Positions 22,887 to 31,994 of a DNA stretch of 32,000 bases are shown piece by piece; the first letter of the stretch is position 1; each line of letters begins with the position of its first letter. The stretch comes from Candidatus Flavonifractor intestinigallinarum (GTDB lineage Bacteria > Bacillota > Clostridia > Oscillospirales > Oscillospiraceae). The position numbers and the translations under genes are program-made. The stretch lies in contig DWXO01000087.1 of NCBI GenBank assembly GCA_019119165.1, positions 8,356 to 40,355 of the forward strand, written 5' to 3'. The notes under the pieces are model-generated. The model searched no databases. It saw only the letters and a program-made list of their open reading frames with translations, and had not been told where the DNA came from.

Positions 22887-23828
22887 ATGAAACGAAAAAT
22901 AGGCTATCGGCTTGCCCATATTTTTCTGGTGCTGCTGGGCGTCAGCTTTTTAAGCTTCCTGCTGATGTATGTGTCGCCGGGCGATCCGGTCCGGGCCATG
23001 TACGCTGTCAGCGGCAGTATCCCGTCGGAGGAAGTATTGGAGCAAACCAGAGAGGAACTGGGACTCAACGATCCGTTTATCATCCAGTACGGCAACTGGA
23101 TCTCCAACTGTCTCCGGGGAGACTTCGGCACATCCTACTCAAAGGGCGAAGCGGTAGCGACCCTTTTGATGGAGCGGGTCATGCCCACCATCCAACTGGC
23201 GCTGCTGTCCTTGGTGATCATGGTTCTTGTGGCCGTACCCATCGGCGTATACTCCGCTTTGCGACAGAACAGCATACTGGACTATCTTTTGCGGGGCACC
23301 ACATTTATTAGCATTTCCATGCCGAATTTCTGGGTGGGATTGCTGCTGCTCTATGTGGTGGCCATGAAGCTGGGATGGCTTCCAGTGGTGTCCAACCAAA
23401 TGAACTTCCAGCGGTTGATCCTGCCAGCCGTGACATTGGCCATTGCCATGGCGGGGAAATACGCCCGGCAGGTTCGGGCGGCTATTTTGGAGGAACTGCG
23501 TCAGGACTATGTGGCAGGCGCCAGGGCCCGGGGGCTGTCGGAACGGTGCGTGCTCTGGTGCCATGTGCTTCCAAATGCTGTTTTGCCCCTCATCACTATG
23601 CTGGGGCTGTCTTTGGGCTCTCTGCTGGGCGGCACCGCCGTGGTGGAAGTGATCTTCTCCTATCCGGCACTGGGCAGCCTGGCGATCTCCGCCATTACCT
23701 CCAGAGACTATCCGCTGATCCAAGGCTATGTACTGTGGATTGCTCTGATCTATATGGCGGTCAATCTGGTGGTGGATCTCTCTTATAACCGGCTGGATCC
23801 CCGGCTGAGAAAGGAGCTGCAGGCATGA
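22887..23828 (+). CDS. ABC transporter permease, Opp/Dpp/Nik family (OppB/NikB-like)
   Basis: N-terminus RLAHIFLVLLGVSFLSFLLMYVSPGDPVRAM. Contains the EAA-type loop region (YVAGARARGLSERCVLWCHVLPNA). Confidence 0.9.
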   Translation: MKRKIGYRLAHIFLVLLGVSFLSFLLMYVSPGDPVRAMYAVSGSIPSEEVLEQTREELGLNDPFIIQYGNWISNCLRGDFGTSYSKGEAVATLLMERVMPTIQLALLSLVIMVLVAVPIGVYSALRQNSILDYLLRGTTFISISMPNFWVGLLLLYVVAMKLGWLPVVSNQMNFQRLILPAVTLAIAMAGKYARQVRAAILEELRQDYVAGARARGLSERCVLWCHVLPNAVLPLITMLGLSLGSLLGGTAVVEVIFSYPALGSLAISAITSRDYPLIQGYVLWIALIYMAVNLVVDLSYNRLDPRLRKELQA

Positions 23829-26284
23829 CCGCTGCGAAAAAGCGTTTTTTGGTGTTTGGCCTGATGGCCCTGGCTATTCTTCTTGTGGCGGTGCTGGCCC
23901 CTGTCATTGCCACCCATGATCCCAACACCTCCGTTCTGGCGGATGCGGTACAGTCCCCCAGCGGAGAACACTGGTTTGGTACAGACAAAATGGGGCGGGA
24001 TCTGTTCTCCCGTGTCATTTATGGCACCAGAACCTCCATTTTATCCACCATGGTGCTGGTGCTCAGCATTTTGCTCGTAGGCGGCGCTCTGGGCATCGTA
24101 GCCGGTTATGTCGGCGGTGTGGTGGAAACCGTCATCATGCGCGTTGCCGACATGATGGTTTCCTTTCCCGGTATGGCTCTTGCCATTGCCCTGGCCGGTA
24201 TGCTTGGCGGCAGTATCACCAGCGCCATCCTGGCCATTATGGCGGTAAGCTGGACGAAATATGCCCGTCTGGCCCGCAGCTTGGTGCTGAAGGTCAAGCA
24301 CCAGGACTATGTGCTGGCTGCTCGGATCTCCGGGACCCGGGAGCGGGACATCCTGCTGCGCTATATGGTGCCGTCAGCCCTTCCCACACTGGTCATCACC
24401 GCTGCCACCGATGTGGGAGGGATGATGCTGGAGTTGGCCGGCTTCTCCTTCCTGGGCCTGGGCGCCCAATCCACCTCCATCGAGTGGGGATATATGCTCA
24501 ACGAGGGACGGGCCTATATGGAATCGGCGCCGTGGCTGATGGTATTTCCGGGGCTTGCTATCTTTCTGACTGTGGTGATCTTCAACCTGCTGGGGGACAG
24601 CCTGCGGGATATCCTGGATCCCAGAGAGGATGAGGCGCAGCCCCATTCAAAATCAAAGAAAAGAGGAGACAAGATGAAGCGTTTGAAACAAGTATCCACA
24701 AAGGCTGCCGCCCTTCTGGTTGGAGCGATGCTGCTCTCCGGTGTACTCACCGGCTGTGGCGGCACTCCGTCCGCGGAACAGACGGAGCAGACTCACCTGA
24801 ACTTTGGTTGTTACAGTTACTCTGACTCTCTGGACCCCATTACCACAGTCAATTCCAGCTGGGCCGGCATGCGCTACGGCATCCTGGAGTGTCTGTTCCG
24901 GTTTGACGATCAGGTGGTGGCCCAGCCCTGGCTCTGTGATACCTACGAGGTCTCGGACGACTATACCACCTGGATCCTGCACATCCGGGAGGGCGTGCAG
25001 TTCTCCAACGGAAATCCTGTGACTCCCTCTGCCGTCCAGGCCGCCTTTGGGCGGCTGTACGCTGAGACAGACGCCGACCGGGGCGGCACCGGCAACTCCA
25101 ATCCGGAAATCTACCTGCCTGAGCCTGCTTTAACGGCGGATGATGAAGCGGGCACCCTGACCGTGGTCTGCCAGCGCCCCACGGGAAATCTGCCCGGTAT
25201 TCTGGCCTACCCCTATTTCTCTGTGATTGATGTGTCGGTGGTGGAGCAGGGCATCGTCAGCACTGGCCCATATAAGCTGGACAGCATGCAAGCCGGTGTA
25301 GGCGCTGAACTATCCCGTAACGAGTATTACTGGAACGGAGAAGTTCCCTACGATACCGTTTCTATTCTTTTCATCGAGGACAGCTCTACCAAAGCCATGG
25401 CCCTCCAGAGCGGGGATGTAGATTTGGTGGAAAACATCACCACCGCCAGTGATCTGGAGAAGCTGGAAGCGGATGACCGCTTTTATGTCTCCACCGCCGC
25501 AGGCGTCCGCACCGGCAACTCTTATATGAACTTCAACGGCCCTCTGGGCAATGCCGCCCTGCGGCAGGCAATTCTTATGGCCCTCGATCATGAAACCATG
25601 TGCAATGTAACAGTGGCAGGTATGTATACTCCTGGCTTTGCGGCGCTGCCGTCCTCTTTGGCCTACAACTACGATCAGCTTACCAATCCCTATCCCTATG
25701 ATGTAGAAAAGGCCAAGGAGACCCTGGATGAGGCTGGGATCGTGGACACCGATGGGGACGGCATCCGGGAGCTGGACGGCGAGAACATCAATCTGGTTTA
25801 TCTGGCCTACACCAGCCGCAATCTCAACGATTTTGCCCAGGCCATTGCCCTCCAGCTGGAGGAGATCGGCATCGGCGTTACGCTGAATGTCAGCGACTAT
25901 GACACCATCACCGCACTCCAGAACGCCGGAGAGTTCGATCTGGTTACCGCCAACACCACCACTGTGGGAACCGGCGATCCCCAGGATTTCCTCAGCTACT
26001 GGTATTCCGGCAATTCGGGAAGTTATGGCTACTATCACAATGAGGAGTACGACGCCTGCTTTGAGGAGCTGGAGGTGACCACCGACCAGGACCGGCGACT
26101 GGAATTGATTACCCGGATGCAGCAGATCCTCATCGACGATGCGGCCACCATCATCCACGGCTATTATAATAGCCGGATGATCAGCTGGACGGATCGGGTC
26201 ACCGGCGCGGAGATCGCCACCATCGACTACTATTGGCTCACCAGTGATATTGCACCCGCGGCGGAGGAAAGCAGCAATGCTTGA
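23825..26284 (+). CDS. Opp/Nik-type permease (OppC/NikC-like, ~270 aa) fused in frame to a family-5 substrate-binding lipoprotein (~536 aa)
   Basis: The permease part ends ...LGDSLRDILDPRE. It reads through 17 codons with no stop into MKRLKQVSTKAAALLVGAMLLSGVLTGCGG, a lipoprotein signal with lipobox LTGC. An internal ATG at 24674 has its own GAGGAG RBS. The C-terminal part is a typical peptide/nickel SBP. Confidence 0.75.
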   Translation: MTAAKKRFLVFGLMALAILLVAVLAPVIATHDPNTSVLADAVQSPSGEHWFGTDKMGRDLFSRVIYGTRTSILSTMVLVLSILLVGGALGIVAGYVGGVVETVIMRVADMMVSFPGMALAIALAGMLGGSITSAILAIMAVSWTKYARLARSLVLKVKHQDYVLAARISGTRERDILLRYMVPSALPTLVITAATDVGGMMLELAGFSFLGLGAQSTSIEWGYMLNEGRAYMESAPWLMVFPGLAIFLTVVIFNLLGDSLRDILDPREDEAQPHSKSKKRGDKMKRLKQVSTKAAALLVGAMLLSGVLTGCGGTPSAEQTEQTHLNFGCYSYSDSLDPITTVNSSWAGMRYGILECLFRFDDQVVAQPWLCDTYEVSDDYTTWILHIREGVQFSNGNPVTPSAVQAAFGRLYAETDADRGGTGNSNPEIYLPEPALTADDEAGTLTVVCQRPTGNLPGILAYPYFSVIDVSVVEQGIVSTGPYKLDSMQAGVGAELSRNEYYWNGEVPYDTVSILFIEDSSTKAMALQSGDVDLVENITTASDLEKLEADDRFYVSTAAGVRTGNSYMNFNGPLGNAALRQAILMALDHETMCNVTVAGMYTPGFAALPSSLAYNYDQLTNPYPYDVEKAKETLDEAGIVDTDGDGIRELDGENINLVYLAYTSRNLNDFAQAIALQLEEIGIGVTLNVSDYDTITALQNAGEFDLVTANTTTVGTGDPQDFLSYWYSGNSGSYGYYHNEEYDACFEELEVTTDQDRRLELITRMQQILIDDAATIIHGYYNSRMISWTDRVTGAEIATIDYYWLTSDIAPAAEESSNA

Positions 26285-27056
26285 GATCAATGGGCTGACG
26301 GTTGCTTATGGAGAGCGCCTGGCATTGCGGAATTTCTCTCTTTCCATGCAGGAGGGAGAGATCGTAGCCCTGGTAGGTGAGAGCGGCAGCGGCAAGACCA
26401 CCGCCATCCGCTCTGTTCTGGGGCTTCTGCCGCCGGGAGGAGCCGTGACCGAAGGAACGATCTCTTTTGAAGGCCAGCAACTGCAGGGACTTTCACCCCG
26501 GGAGTGGAAAGCGCTGCGGGGGAAGAAACTTTCCATGATCTTTCAGGATTCCGGCGCCATGCTCAATCCCATCCGTACCATAGGCTCCCAATTCCGTGAA
26601 TATGTCCGTACCCACAGCAGTCTTTCCAAAAAAGAGGCGGGGGCGCTGAGCCAGGAAATGCTGGAACGGATGGGGCTTTCCGACCCGGAGAGTATTTTGG
26701 GCGCCTATCCCTTTCAACTCAGCGGAGGTCAGCGCCAGCGGGTGGGCATCGCTATGGCCATGGTCTTCCAGCCAAAGCTCCTGTTGGCGGATGAGCCTAC
26801 CAGCGCATTGGATGTGACCACCCAGGCGCAGATTGTCCGGCAAATGCTGGAGTTGCGGGATACCTATGGCACGGCTATTCTTCTGGTGACCCATAACCTG
26901 GCGGTGGCTGCCTACATGGCCAGCCGCATCCTGGTTATGCGCAACGGCAGCACTGTGGAACAAGGCGACCGGGAGAGCCTTCTGCGAAGTCAGGAGCCAT
27001 ACACCCGCCAACTGCTCCAGGCGGTTCCGGATCTGGGAGGGAAGCGTTATGTCTGA
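26277..27056 (+). CDS. ABC transporter ATP-binding protein (OppD/NikD-like)
   Basis: ATG at 26277 follows GGAGGAAA and overlaps the SBP stop. Walker [10 protein letters not shown], signature LSGGQRQR, Walker [13 protein letters not shown]. Confidence 0.9.
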   Translation: MLEINGLTVAYGERLALRNFSLSMQEGEIVALVGESGSGKTTAIRSVLGLLPPGGAVTEGTISFEGQQLQGLSPREWKALRGKKLSMIFQDSGAMLNPIRTIGSQFREYVRTHSSLSKKEAGALSQEMLERMGLSDPESILGAYPFQLSGGQRQRVGIAMAMVFQPKLLLADEPTSALDVTTQAQIVRQMLELRDTYGTAILLVTHNLAVAAYMASRILVMRNGSTVEQGDRESLLRSQEPYTRQLLQAVPDLGGKRYV

Positions 27057-28002
27057 ATGCATTTTGGAGGGGCGGGGGCTTACACGCCGTTACCGGCGAC
27101 CGGATGGGCGAATTCTGACCGCCTGCCAGCAGATTGATCTTCGCCTTTATCCCGGAGAGACACTGGGAATCGTAGGGGAAAGCGGCTGCGGCAAGAGCAC
27201 GCTGCTACGGATGTTGTCCCAGCTGGAGCGGCCTGATGAGGGACAATTGCTGTTTCGTGGGGAAGATGTGACCGGCTGGAAGGGCGAAAACCTGCGCCGG
27301 CACCGCAGGCATATCCAGATGGTCTTTCAGGACCCTGCCGCCGCCTTTTTCCCACGAATGCGGGTATGGGATGCCGTGACGGAACCGCTGCGCAACTATT
27401 CCTCCTGCTCCAGAGGAGAGTTGCGGGAGAAAGCCAAGCAGTTACTGGAAATGGTAGAACTCCCACAGGAGTTTCTGGACCGGTATCCCCACTCCATGAG
27501 CGGCGGCCAGCGCCAGCGGCTGGGCATTGCCCGGGCCCTGGCGCTGGAGCCCGAGGTGCTTTTATGTGATGAGGCCACCTCTGCTCTGGATGTCTCCACC
27601 CAGGATCAGTTGGTAGAACTGCTGGTGGAGCTCCAGCGGCAGCGGGAGCTTGCCATCCTGTTTGTCTGCCACGATCTGGCCTTGGTCCAGTCCCTTTCCC
27701 ACCGGATCATGGTGATGTATCTCGGCGTAGTGGTGGAGTCGCTCCCCAGCAGCTGTCTTGCAAAAGACGCCCTTCACCCCTATGCAAAGGCCCTTCTGGA
27801 GTCTGTCTTTTCTCTGCATGACAACCATGAGAGACTCATTGTCCCTCTCTGCGGGGAGGTGCCAAGTCCCATTGACCGTCCTGCCGGCTGCCCCTTCCAT
27901 ACCCGCTGTTCCCACTGCACAGAGCTTTGCCGTACCAAAATGCCGCAAATGACCGCTGTGGGGCCGGAGCATTGGGTGGCCTGCCACCGATACAGCGATT
28001 GA
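27049..28002 (+). CDS. ABC transporter ATP-binding protein (OppF/NikE-like, with Cys-containing C-terminal extension)
   Basis: Walker A GESGCGKST, signature MSGGQRQR, Walker B LLCDEATSALD. The C-terminal CPFHTRCSHCTELC is typical of Opp-type ATPases. It overlaps the preceding stop. Confidence 0.9.
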   Translation: MSECILEGRGLTRRYRRPDGRILTACQQIDLRLYPGETLGIVGESGCGKSTLLRMLSQLERPDEGQLLFRGEDVTGWKGENLRRHRRHIQMVFQDPAAAFFPRMRVWDAVTEPLRNYSSCSRGELREKAKQLLEMVELPQEFLDRYPHSMSGGQRQRLGIARALALEPEVLLCDEATSALDVSTQDQLVELLVELQRQRELAILFVCHDLALVQSLSHRIMVMYLGVVVESLPSSCLAKDALHPYAKALLESVFSLHDNHERLIVPLCGEVPSPIDRPAGCPFHTRCSHCTELCRTKMPQMTAVGPEHWVACHRYSD

Positions 28003-28019
28003 TTTTAGGAGGAACCGCC

Positions 28020-28955
28020 ATGCAGATAACAGATAGGAAAGAGTGGGAGGCCGGTCGGATCACCGGCACACTGCCCGTACGGGGCGGCCCAGGCCTGCCG
28101 GTATGGATGATTTGCGGAGCATCGGACGGTCCAACTCTGGTGCTGACCGCAGGCGTCCATGGCTGTGAATATGTGGGCATCATGACGCTACGGCGGCTCT
28201 TTGCTCAATTGGCTCCGGCCCAGATTCGGGGGCGGGTGATCCTGCTGCCGCTGGTCAATAGCGAGGGCTTTTATGCCGGAAGCAAACAGGTGGTGCCAAG
28301 CGATGGAAAGAATATCAACCGGGTCTTTCCGCCTCCGGAGAAGGGTACGATGGCCCAGGAGATCGCCCGGACTGTGGTGGAGCAGATCTACCAGGAGGCC
28401 GACTTTCTTCTGGACCTCCACGGCGGAGATGTAAATGAGGCGATGACGCCCCTGGTGTTTTACCCGGCTACGGCTGCGCCGGAGGTGACGGCACAGGCCC
28501 GGGAGGCTGCACAGCATCTGGAAGTTCTGTACCGCATTCCCTCCACCGCCCAAAACGGATTGTACAGCTATGCAGCCCAATGCGGCATTCCCGCTCTGCT
28601 GATGGAGGTGGGCGGCATGGGCCTCTGGACGGAGGAGCAGGTGGAACTGGAACTGCGCAGCATACAGAGTCTGATGGGATATCTGGATATGGGACCAACT
28701 CCTGTCAAAAACAGCCGACAGCAGGAAACGATGGAGATGTGTTATACAGAGGCGGATACCCCGGGTCTATGGTTTCCTGAGGTTAAGGCAGAACAGTTGA
28801 TTTCCGCCGGGCAGATGCTGGGAAGAATCGAGGATCTGGAGGGCCGCATCCTCCAGACGATCCACGCCCGCTGGGATGGCATGGCGCTATACCATACGGT
28901 CTCCTTGGGCGTGACAACAGGAGATGCCCTTGTGGCATACGGGAAGATAGGATAA
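28020..28955 (+). CDS. Succinylglutamate desuccinylase/aspartoacylase family (M14-like zinc deacylase)
   Basis: ATG at 28020 after TAGGAGGAA. Zn motif region LTAGVHGCEYVG, then NRVFP and DLHGGD blocks. Confidence 0.75.
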   Translation: MQITDRKEWEAGRITGTLPVRGGPGLPVWMICGASDGPTLVLTAGVHGCEYVGIMTLRRLFAQLAPAQIRGRVILLPLVNSEGFYAGSKQVVPSDGKNINRVFPPPEKGTMAQEIARTVVEQIYQEADFLLDLHGGDVNEAMTPLVFYPATAAPEVTAQAREAAQHLEVLYRIPSTAQNGLYSYAAQCGIPALLMEVGGMGLWTEEQVELELRSIQSLMGYLDMGPTPVKNSRQQETMEMCYTEADTPGLWFPEVKAEQLISAGQMLGRIEDLEGRILQTIHARWDGMALYHTVSLGVTTGDALVAYGKIG

Positions 28956-29122
28956 ACGAACCGCAATGACAACTTGCTGCAATAATTCAGAGTTCTTTTT
29001 AGTAAAGCATCTATTTTCCTGTTCCTTACCCAAGCAAGATAATTTACTGTATAAAGATAAAAGACCAGTAGATATGTTGGACGTCTTGTGGTATTGTGTG
29101 TTGCTACCAGGAGGTGCAACGC

Positions 29123-29443
29123 ATGAACAAACTACTGAAAGACATCTACGACTGCTTCTATACCCCGCCTGAGTTTTCGGAGCAGAAGCAGGAAGTGGAA
29201 GAATGCCACCAGGCACTGATTAAAGTCCTGGAGAAGCCGGAACGGCGGCTGGTGCTTCGAATCATGGATGCCCAGGGTCTGATGGCAGAGGAACGCTCCA
29301 TCGACAGCTTTATCTCTGGATTTGAGCTGGCGTGGCAGCTCTCCATGGAACTGAATCAATATGAAAAAGAGCGCTCAGTCTCTCGTTGTACGGCGAGGAG
29401 ATCGGGCGCTCTTTCCATGTCCGGAAAGGAGGAAGCAACATGA
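29123..29443 (+). CDS. Small helical hypothetical protein (106 aa)
   Basis: ATG at 29123 after AGGAGGTG. MNKLLKDIYDCFYTPPEFSEQKQEVEECHQALIKVLEKPERRLVLRIMD... The stop overlaps the next start (ATGA). Confidence 0.6.
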   Translation: MNKLLKDIYDCFYTPPEFSEQKQEVEECHQALIKVLEKPERRLVLRIMDAQGLMAEERSIDSFISGFELAWQLSMELNQYEKERSVSRCTARRSGALSMSGKEEAT

Positions 29444-29904
29444 AGAAACGAATCATCACTGCCGCAGCGTTCGCCGCCTGTCTGGCTCTGTGTGCCGCTG
29501 TGTGGCCACGGAACGAATCAGCTGGGGAAACACCCACACCGACCACGCCAGCCGCTGTAATCGCCACACAGCCCGAAGTTCCGGAGATACCAGAAATAGA
29601 AGAAGTCAAATCATCAGAGGAAGAAAAGGCGCGAGAAACACTGCCGGAACTGGTCGAGGAAGCTGACATTGTCCCGGAGCCATCGCCTGCTCAAACGCCC
29701 CCAGTGAGTGAAGTACCGGTTCTACCTGAACAGGATGCCATACCACAGCAAGAACCGGAGCCTAACCAGGCATCAACTGACAGCGCGCCGGACAACATGG
29801 TCTATGTGCCGGGCTTCGGCTGGGTAGAAAGCCAAGGACCCAACCATGCGGAATACGCCGAGGATATGTATGAGAACGGCAATAAAATCGGAAGCATGGG
29901 ATAA
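29440..29904 (+). CDS. Secreted/lipoprotein-like protein with a Pro/Glu-rich linker and conserved C-terminal segment
   Basis: ATG at 29440 after AAGGAGGAAG. Signal peptide MKKRIITAAAFAACLALCAAV, then a PE-rich low-complexity region, and the C-terminus NMVYVPGFGWVESQGPN...YENGNKIGSMG. Confidence 0.65.
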   Translation: MKKRIITAAAFAACLALCAAVWPRNESAGETPTPTTPAAVIATQPEVPEIPEIEEVKSSEEEKARETLPELVEEADIVPEPSPAQTPPVSEVPVLPEQDAIPQQEPEPNQASTDSAPDNMVYVPGFGWVESQGPNHAEYAEDMYENGNKIGSMG

Positions 29905-29909
29905 ATGAA

Positions 29910-29951
29910 AAGCAGTGCGGTATCAGGACAAAGCCTGGTGCCGTACTGCTT
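29910..29951. terminator. Long hairpin between convergent genes
   Basis: AAGCAGTGCGGTATCAGG, loop ACAAAG, CCTGGTGCCGTACTGCTT (with G-U pairs), followed by ATTGTGTTT. It overlaps the last codons of the minus-strand sigma gene. Confidence 0.55.
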
Positions 29952-30918
29952 ATTGTGTTTCCTGCTCCAACGCGTCGCTGAACATCTCATGGACGTGGAT
30001 CAGCGAAACAACTTCACAGAGAAACCGCTCCGTCAGTTCCTTTTCGTCCAGCCAGGTGGTCTGCGGCGGCACATAGTAGCCGGAATCAGCTTCTGCCTCC
30101 GCTCTGGCCTTGAGAATGGCTTTCTGGATGGAGAGCCACTGGCTGTAAGTGCCGCCGTTCAACTGCTTTCTCAGTTTCCGGATGACAGCCTTATATGCTT
30201 TCTCCGCACCGCTGGGGCCGTTGTAGTTGAGCCGGATAGCCAGTTCCTGAAAGGTCATGCTCTGCTCGTTGGGTTGGCCAATTCCCAAATAACAGCGCAC
30301 CAAATTCAACTCTCTGGGGCTCAGCACCTCCCCCATGCGCTGGAGGAGCAGCGTCCGGCGCATGAAGCGGTCGTAGGCCCTGGCGGGGTCACCACCACAA
30401 CTAAGGTCAAAGACACGCTCACCCAGAGACTCGATCTGAAACACAGTACGGTATTCTTCCAGCAAACGCTTGGCCACTTTGACGGAGACTTCCAACTTCT
30501 CTTGAATGGCAGTCAGCAAATCTTCTTCGGCATCCTCCTGCTCGTGTATGGCATAGAGAAATGCCACCTGGCGCAGCTGGCGGTAACGGTTCAGCGGGAA
30601 CGACAGAGAGAAAGAACCCTGGGCGGCGCAGTCCCGCATGGCTGTCTCAATGGCGGGGGTCGCATAGGTCAGCAGCTTTGTTCCATAGGAGGGATCAAAC
30701 CTTGTCGATGCATCCAGCAGTGCCAGCGCCCCCTCCTGCTTGAGGTCGTCCACCAGAAAATCCTGAGAAAATTGCTCGCAGTAGCTTGCGGCCAGCATGG
30801 TCAGATATCCCTCGTTCTGGGAGAGCAGGAGCGGCGCGGCCTGCGGATCGCCGTCCTGTATCCGCAGTGCAAGCTCCTCGTTGCTTGGGCAGAGATCATC
30901 ACAGCAATACATGCTCAT
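29950..30918 (-). CDS. Sigma-70 family RNA polymerase sigma factor with C-terminal extension
   Basis: Region 2-like DLKQEGALALLDASTRFDPSYGTKLLTYATPAIETAMRD. Region 4 HTH LSPRELNLVRCYLGIG...MTFQELAIRLNYNGPSGAEKAYKAVIRKLR. The start overlaps the upstream gene stop by 4 nt. Confidence 0.8.
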   Translation of the reverse strand: MSMYCCDDLCPSNEELALRIQDGDPQAAPLLLSQNEGYLTMLAASYCEQFSQDFLVDDLKQEGALALLDASTRFDPSYGTKLLTYATPAIETAMRDCAAQGSFSLSFPLNRYRQLRQVAFLYAIHEQEDAEEDLLTAIQEKLEVSVKVAKRLLEEYRTVFQIESLGERVFDLSCGGDPARAYDRFMRRTLLLQRMGEVLSPRELNLVRCYLGIGQPNEQSMTFQELAIRLNYNGPSGAEKAYKAVIRKLRKQLNGGTYSQWLSIQKAILKARAEAEADSGYYVPPQTTWLDEKELTERFLCEVVSLIHVHEMFSDALEQETQ

Positions 30919-31994
30919 GGCCGGTCCTCCCGGGCAAGGCGTACTTTCGCCTGGGCATAGATTGCTTCCTGCTCCATGTCGTGTGCATAACCGTTGGCGG
31001 CATAGTCGTTGTCCATGAGCGCCTTATCACGCAGACTCTCCGCTACATACAGGGCTTCATTGCGCAGCTCGTCGGAGATTTTTCCTCTCTGGTGGTGCTT
31101 GCGGATGGTGTTGGTGCGGGTGGTGAACAGGCGGTAGACCGGGTGCTGTTTGTTTTGCTCCTTCTGCCGCATCATGGCACCGTACTGTCGGCAGGTCATG
31201 CGGGGATCCTGAGGCGCAATGCCATCGCAGTATTTCGGTATATGGCCGTTGGTGGTGAGAAAGTATGTTCCGCAGCCACAGCACCGGCTGGGCGCATGGC
31301 CGTGCTGCAATCCGTTCATCAAGTCAAAGATGTAGAAGCTCATGGCATGGTCAAAGAAATACCGGTTCACAAATACGGTTTCCTTTTCCTGTTTCGGATG
31401 TCTGGCAAAGACATAGGAGGATCTCAGGTTCGGTGTGATGGTGAATGGCTCAACATCCGGTACCGGCAAATCACGCATCATATCCCAGAACCATTCGCTG
31501 TTGAAGCAGTCGTGGGCGGCCATAGCAAAGAAGGTCTCTGTCCGTTTCTTCAGCCGTCGCAGATAGCCCTCCTCAAAATATCGTGCCGCCACGGCAAAGT
31601 GCTGGATGCCCAGGGGAATGCTGAAGGCGGCCACCAGATAGCGGAAGAAAAATTCCCGGACGGGCGAAGCCGGCTTCAGCAGATCGTTGTGGGATGCCGG
31701 GGAAAACATCACCTCCAATGTGTGCTGCTCCTTTGCTTTGTCCATCAGGCTGTACGGTGGACATTGCCACAGGGCATCCAGCAGCTTCTCCAGAGAGGCG
31801 CGGGTCCCGTCCAGCAGGTTGATAAATTCACCTCGCCCGGCCAAGGCCAGGGCCTCCACCTGATGGCTGATGGTGCCGCCGTGGGTGACCAGTTCCCGTA
31901 TGGTCTCCTCGGGAACATTCAACAGTTCGGCGGCAAAGTGGCCGGCCGGGTAGACGGTCTCGTTAAAAAAGATCTGATCCTGCCAGACATCCAT
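30915..31994 (-). CDS. Conserved hypothetical protein with a Cys cluster (CCGCG...C...C), translationally coupled to the sigma factor
   Basis: 359-aa ORF with coherent codon usage. Motif HAPSRCCGCGTYFLTTNGHIPKYCDGIAPQDPRMTCRQ suggests a zinc-binding module. The 4-nt overlap with the sigma gene start suggests coupling. Confidence 0.65.
   Translation of the reverse strand: MDVWQDQIFFNETVYPAGHFAAELLNVPEETIRELVTHGGTISHQVEALALAGRGEFINLLDGTRASLEKLLDALWQCPPYSLMDKAKEQHTLEVMFSPASHNDLLKPASPVREFFFRYLVAAFSIPLGIQHFAVAARYFEEGYLRRLKKRTETFFAMAAHDCFNSEWFWDMMRDLPVPDVEPFTITPNLRSSYVFARHPKQEKETVFVNRYFFDHAMSFYIFDLMNGLQHGHAPSRCCGCGTYFLTTNGHIPKYCDGIAPQDPRMTCRQYGAMMRQKEQNKQHPVYRLFTTRTNTIRKHHQRGKISDELRNEALYVAESLRDKALMDNDYAANGYAHDMEQEAIYAQAKVRLAREDRP

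Noticed and set aside
25310-26290. 326-aa minus-strand ORF
   Set aside because: It is antisense to the substrate-binding protein part of 23825-26284 and has no motifs.
29905-30960. 351-aa plus-strand ORF
   Set aside because: It is antisense to the sigma-70-family gene, whose region 2/4 motifs are clear on the minus strand.
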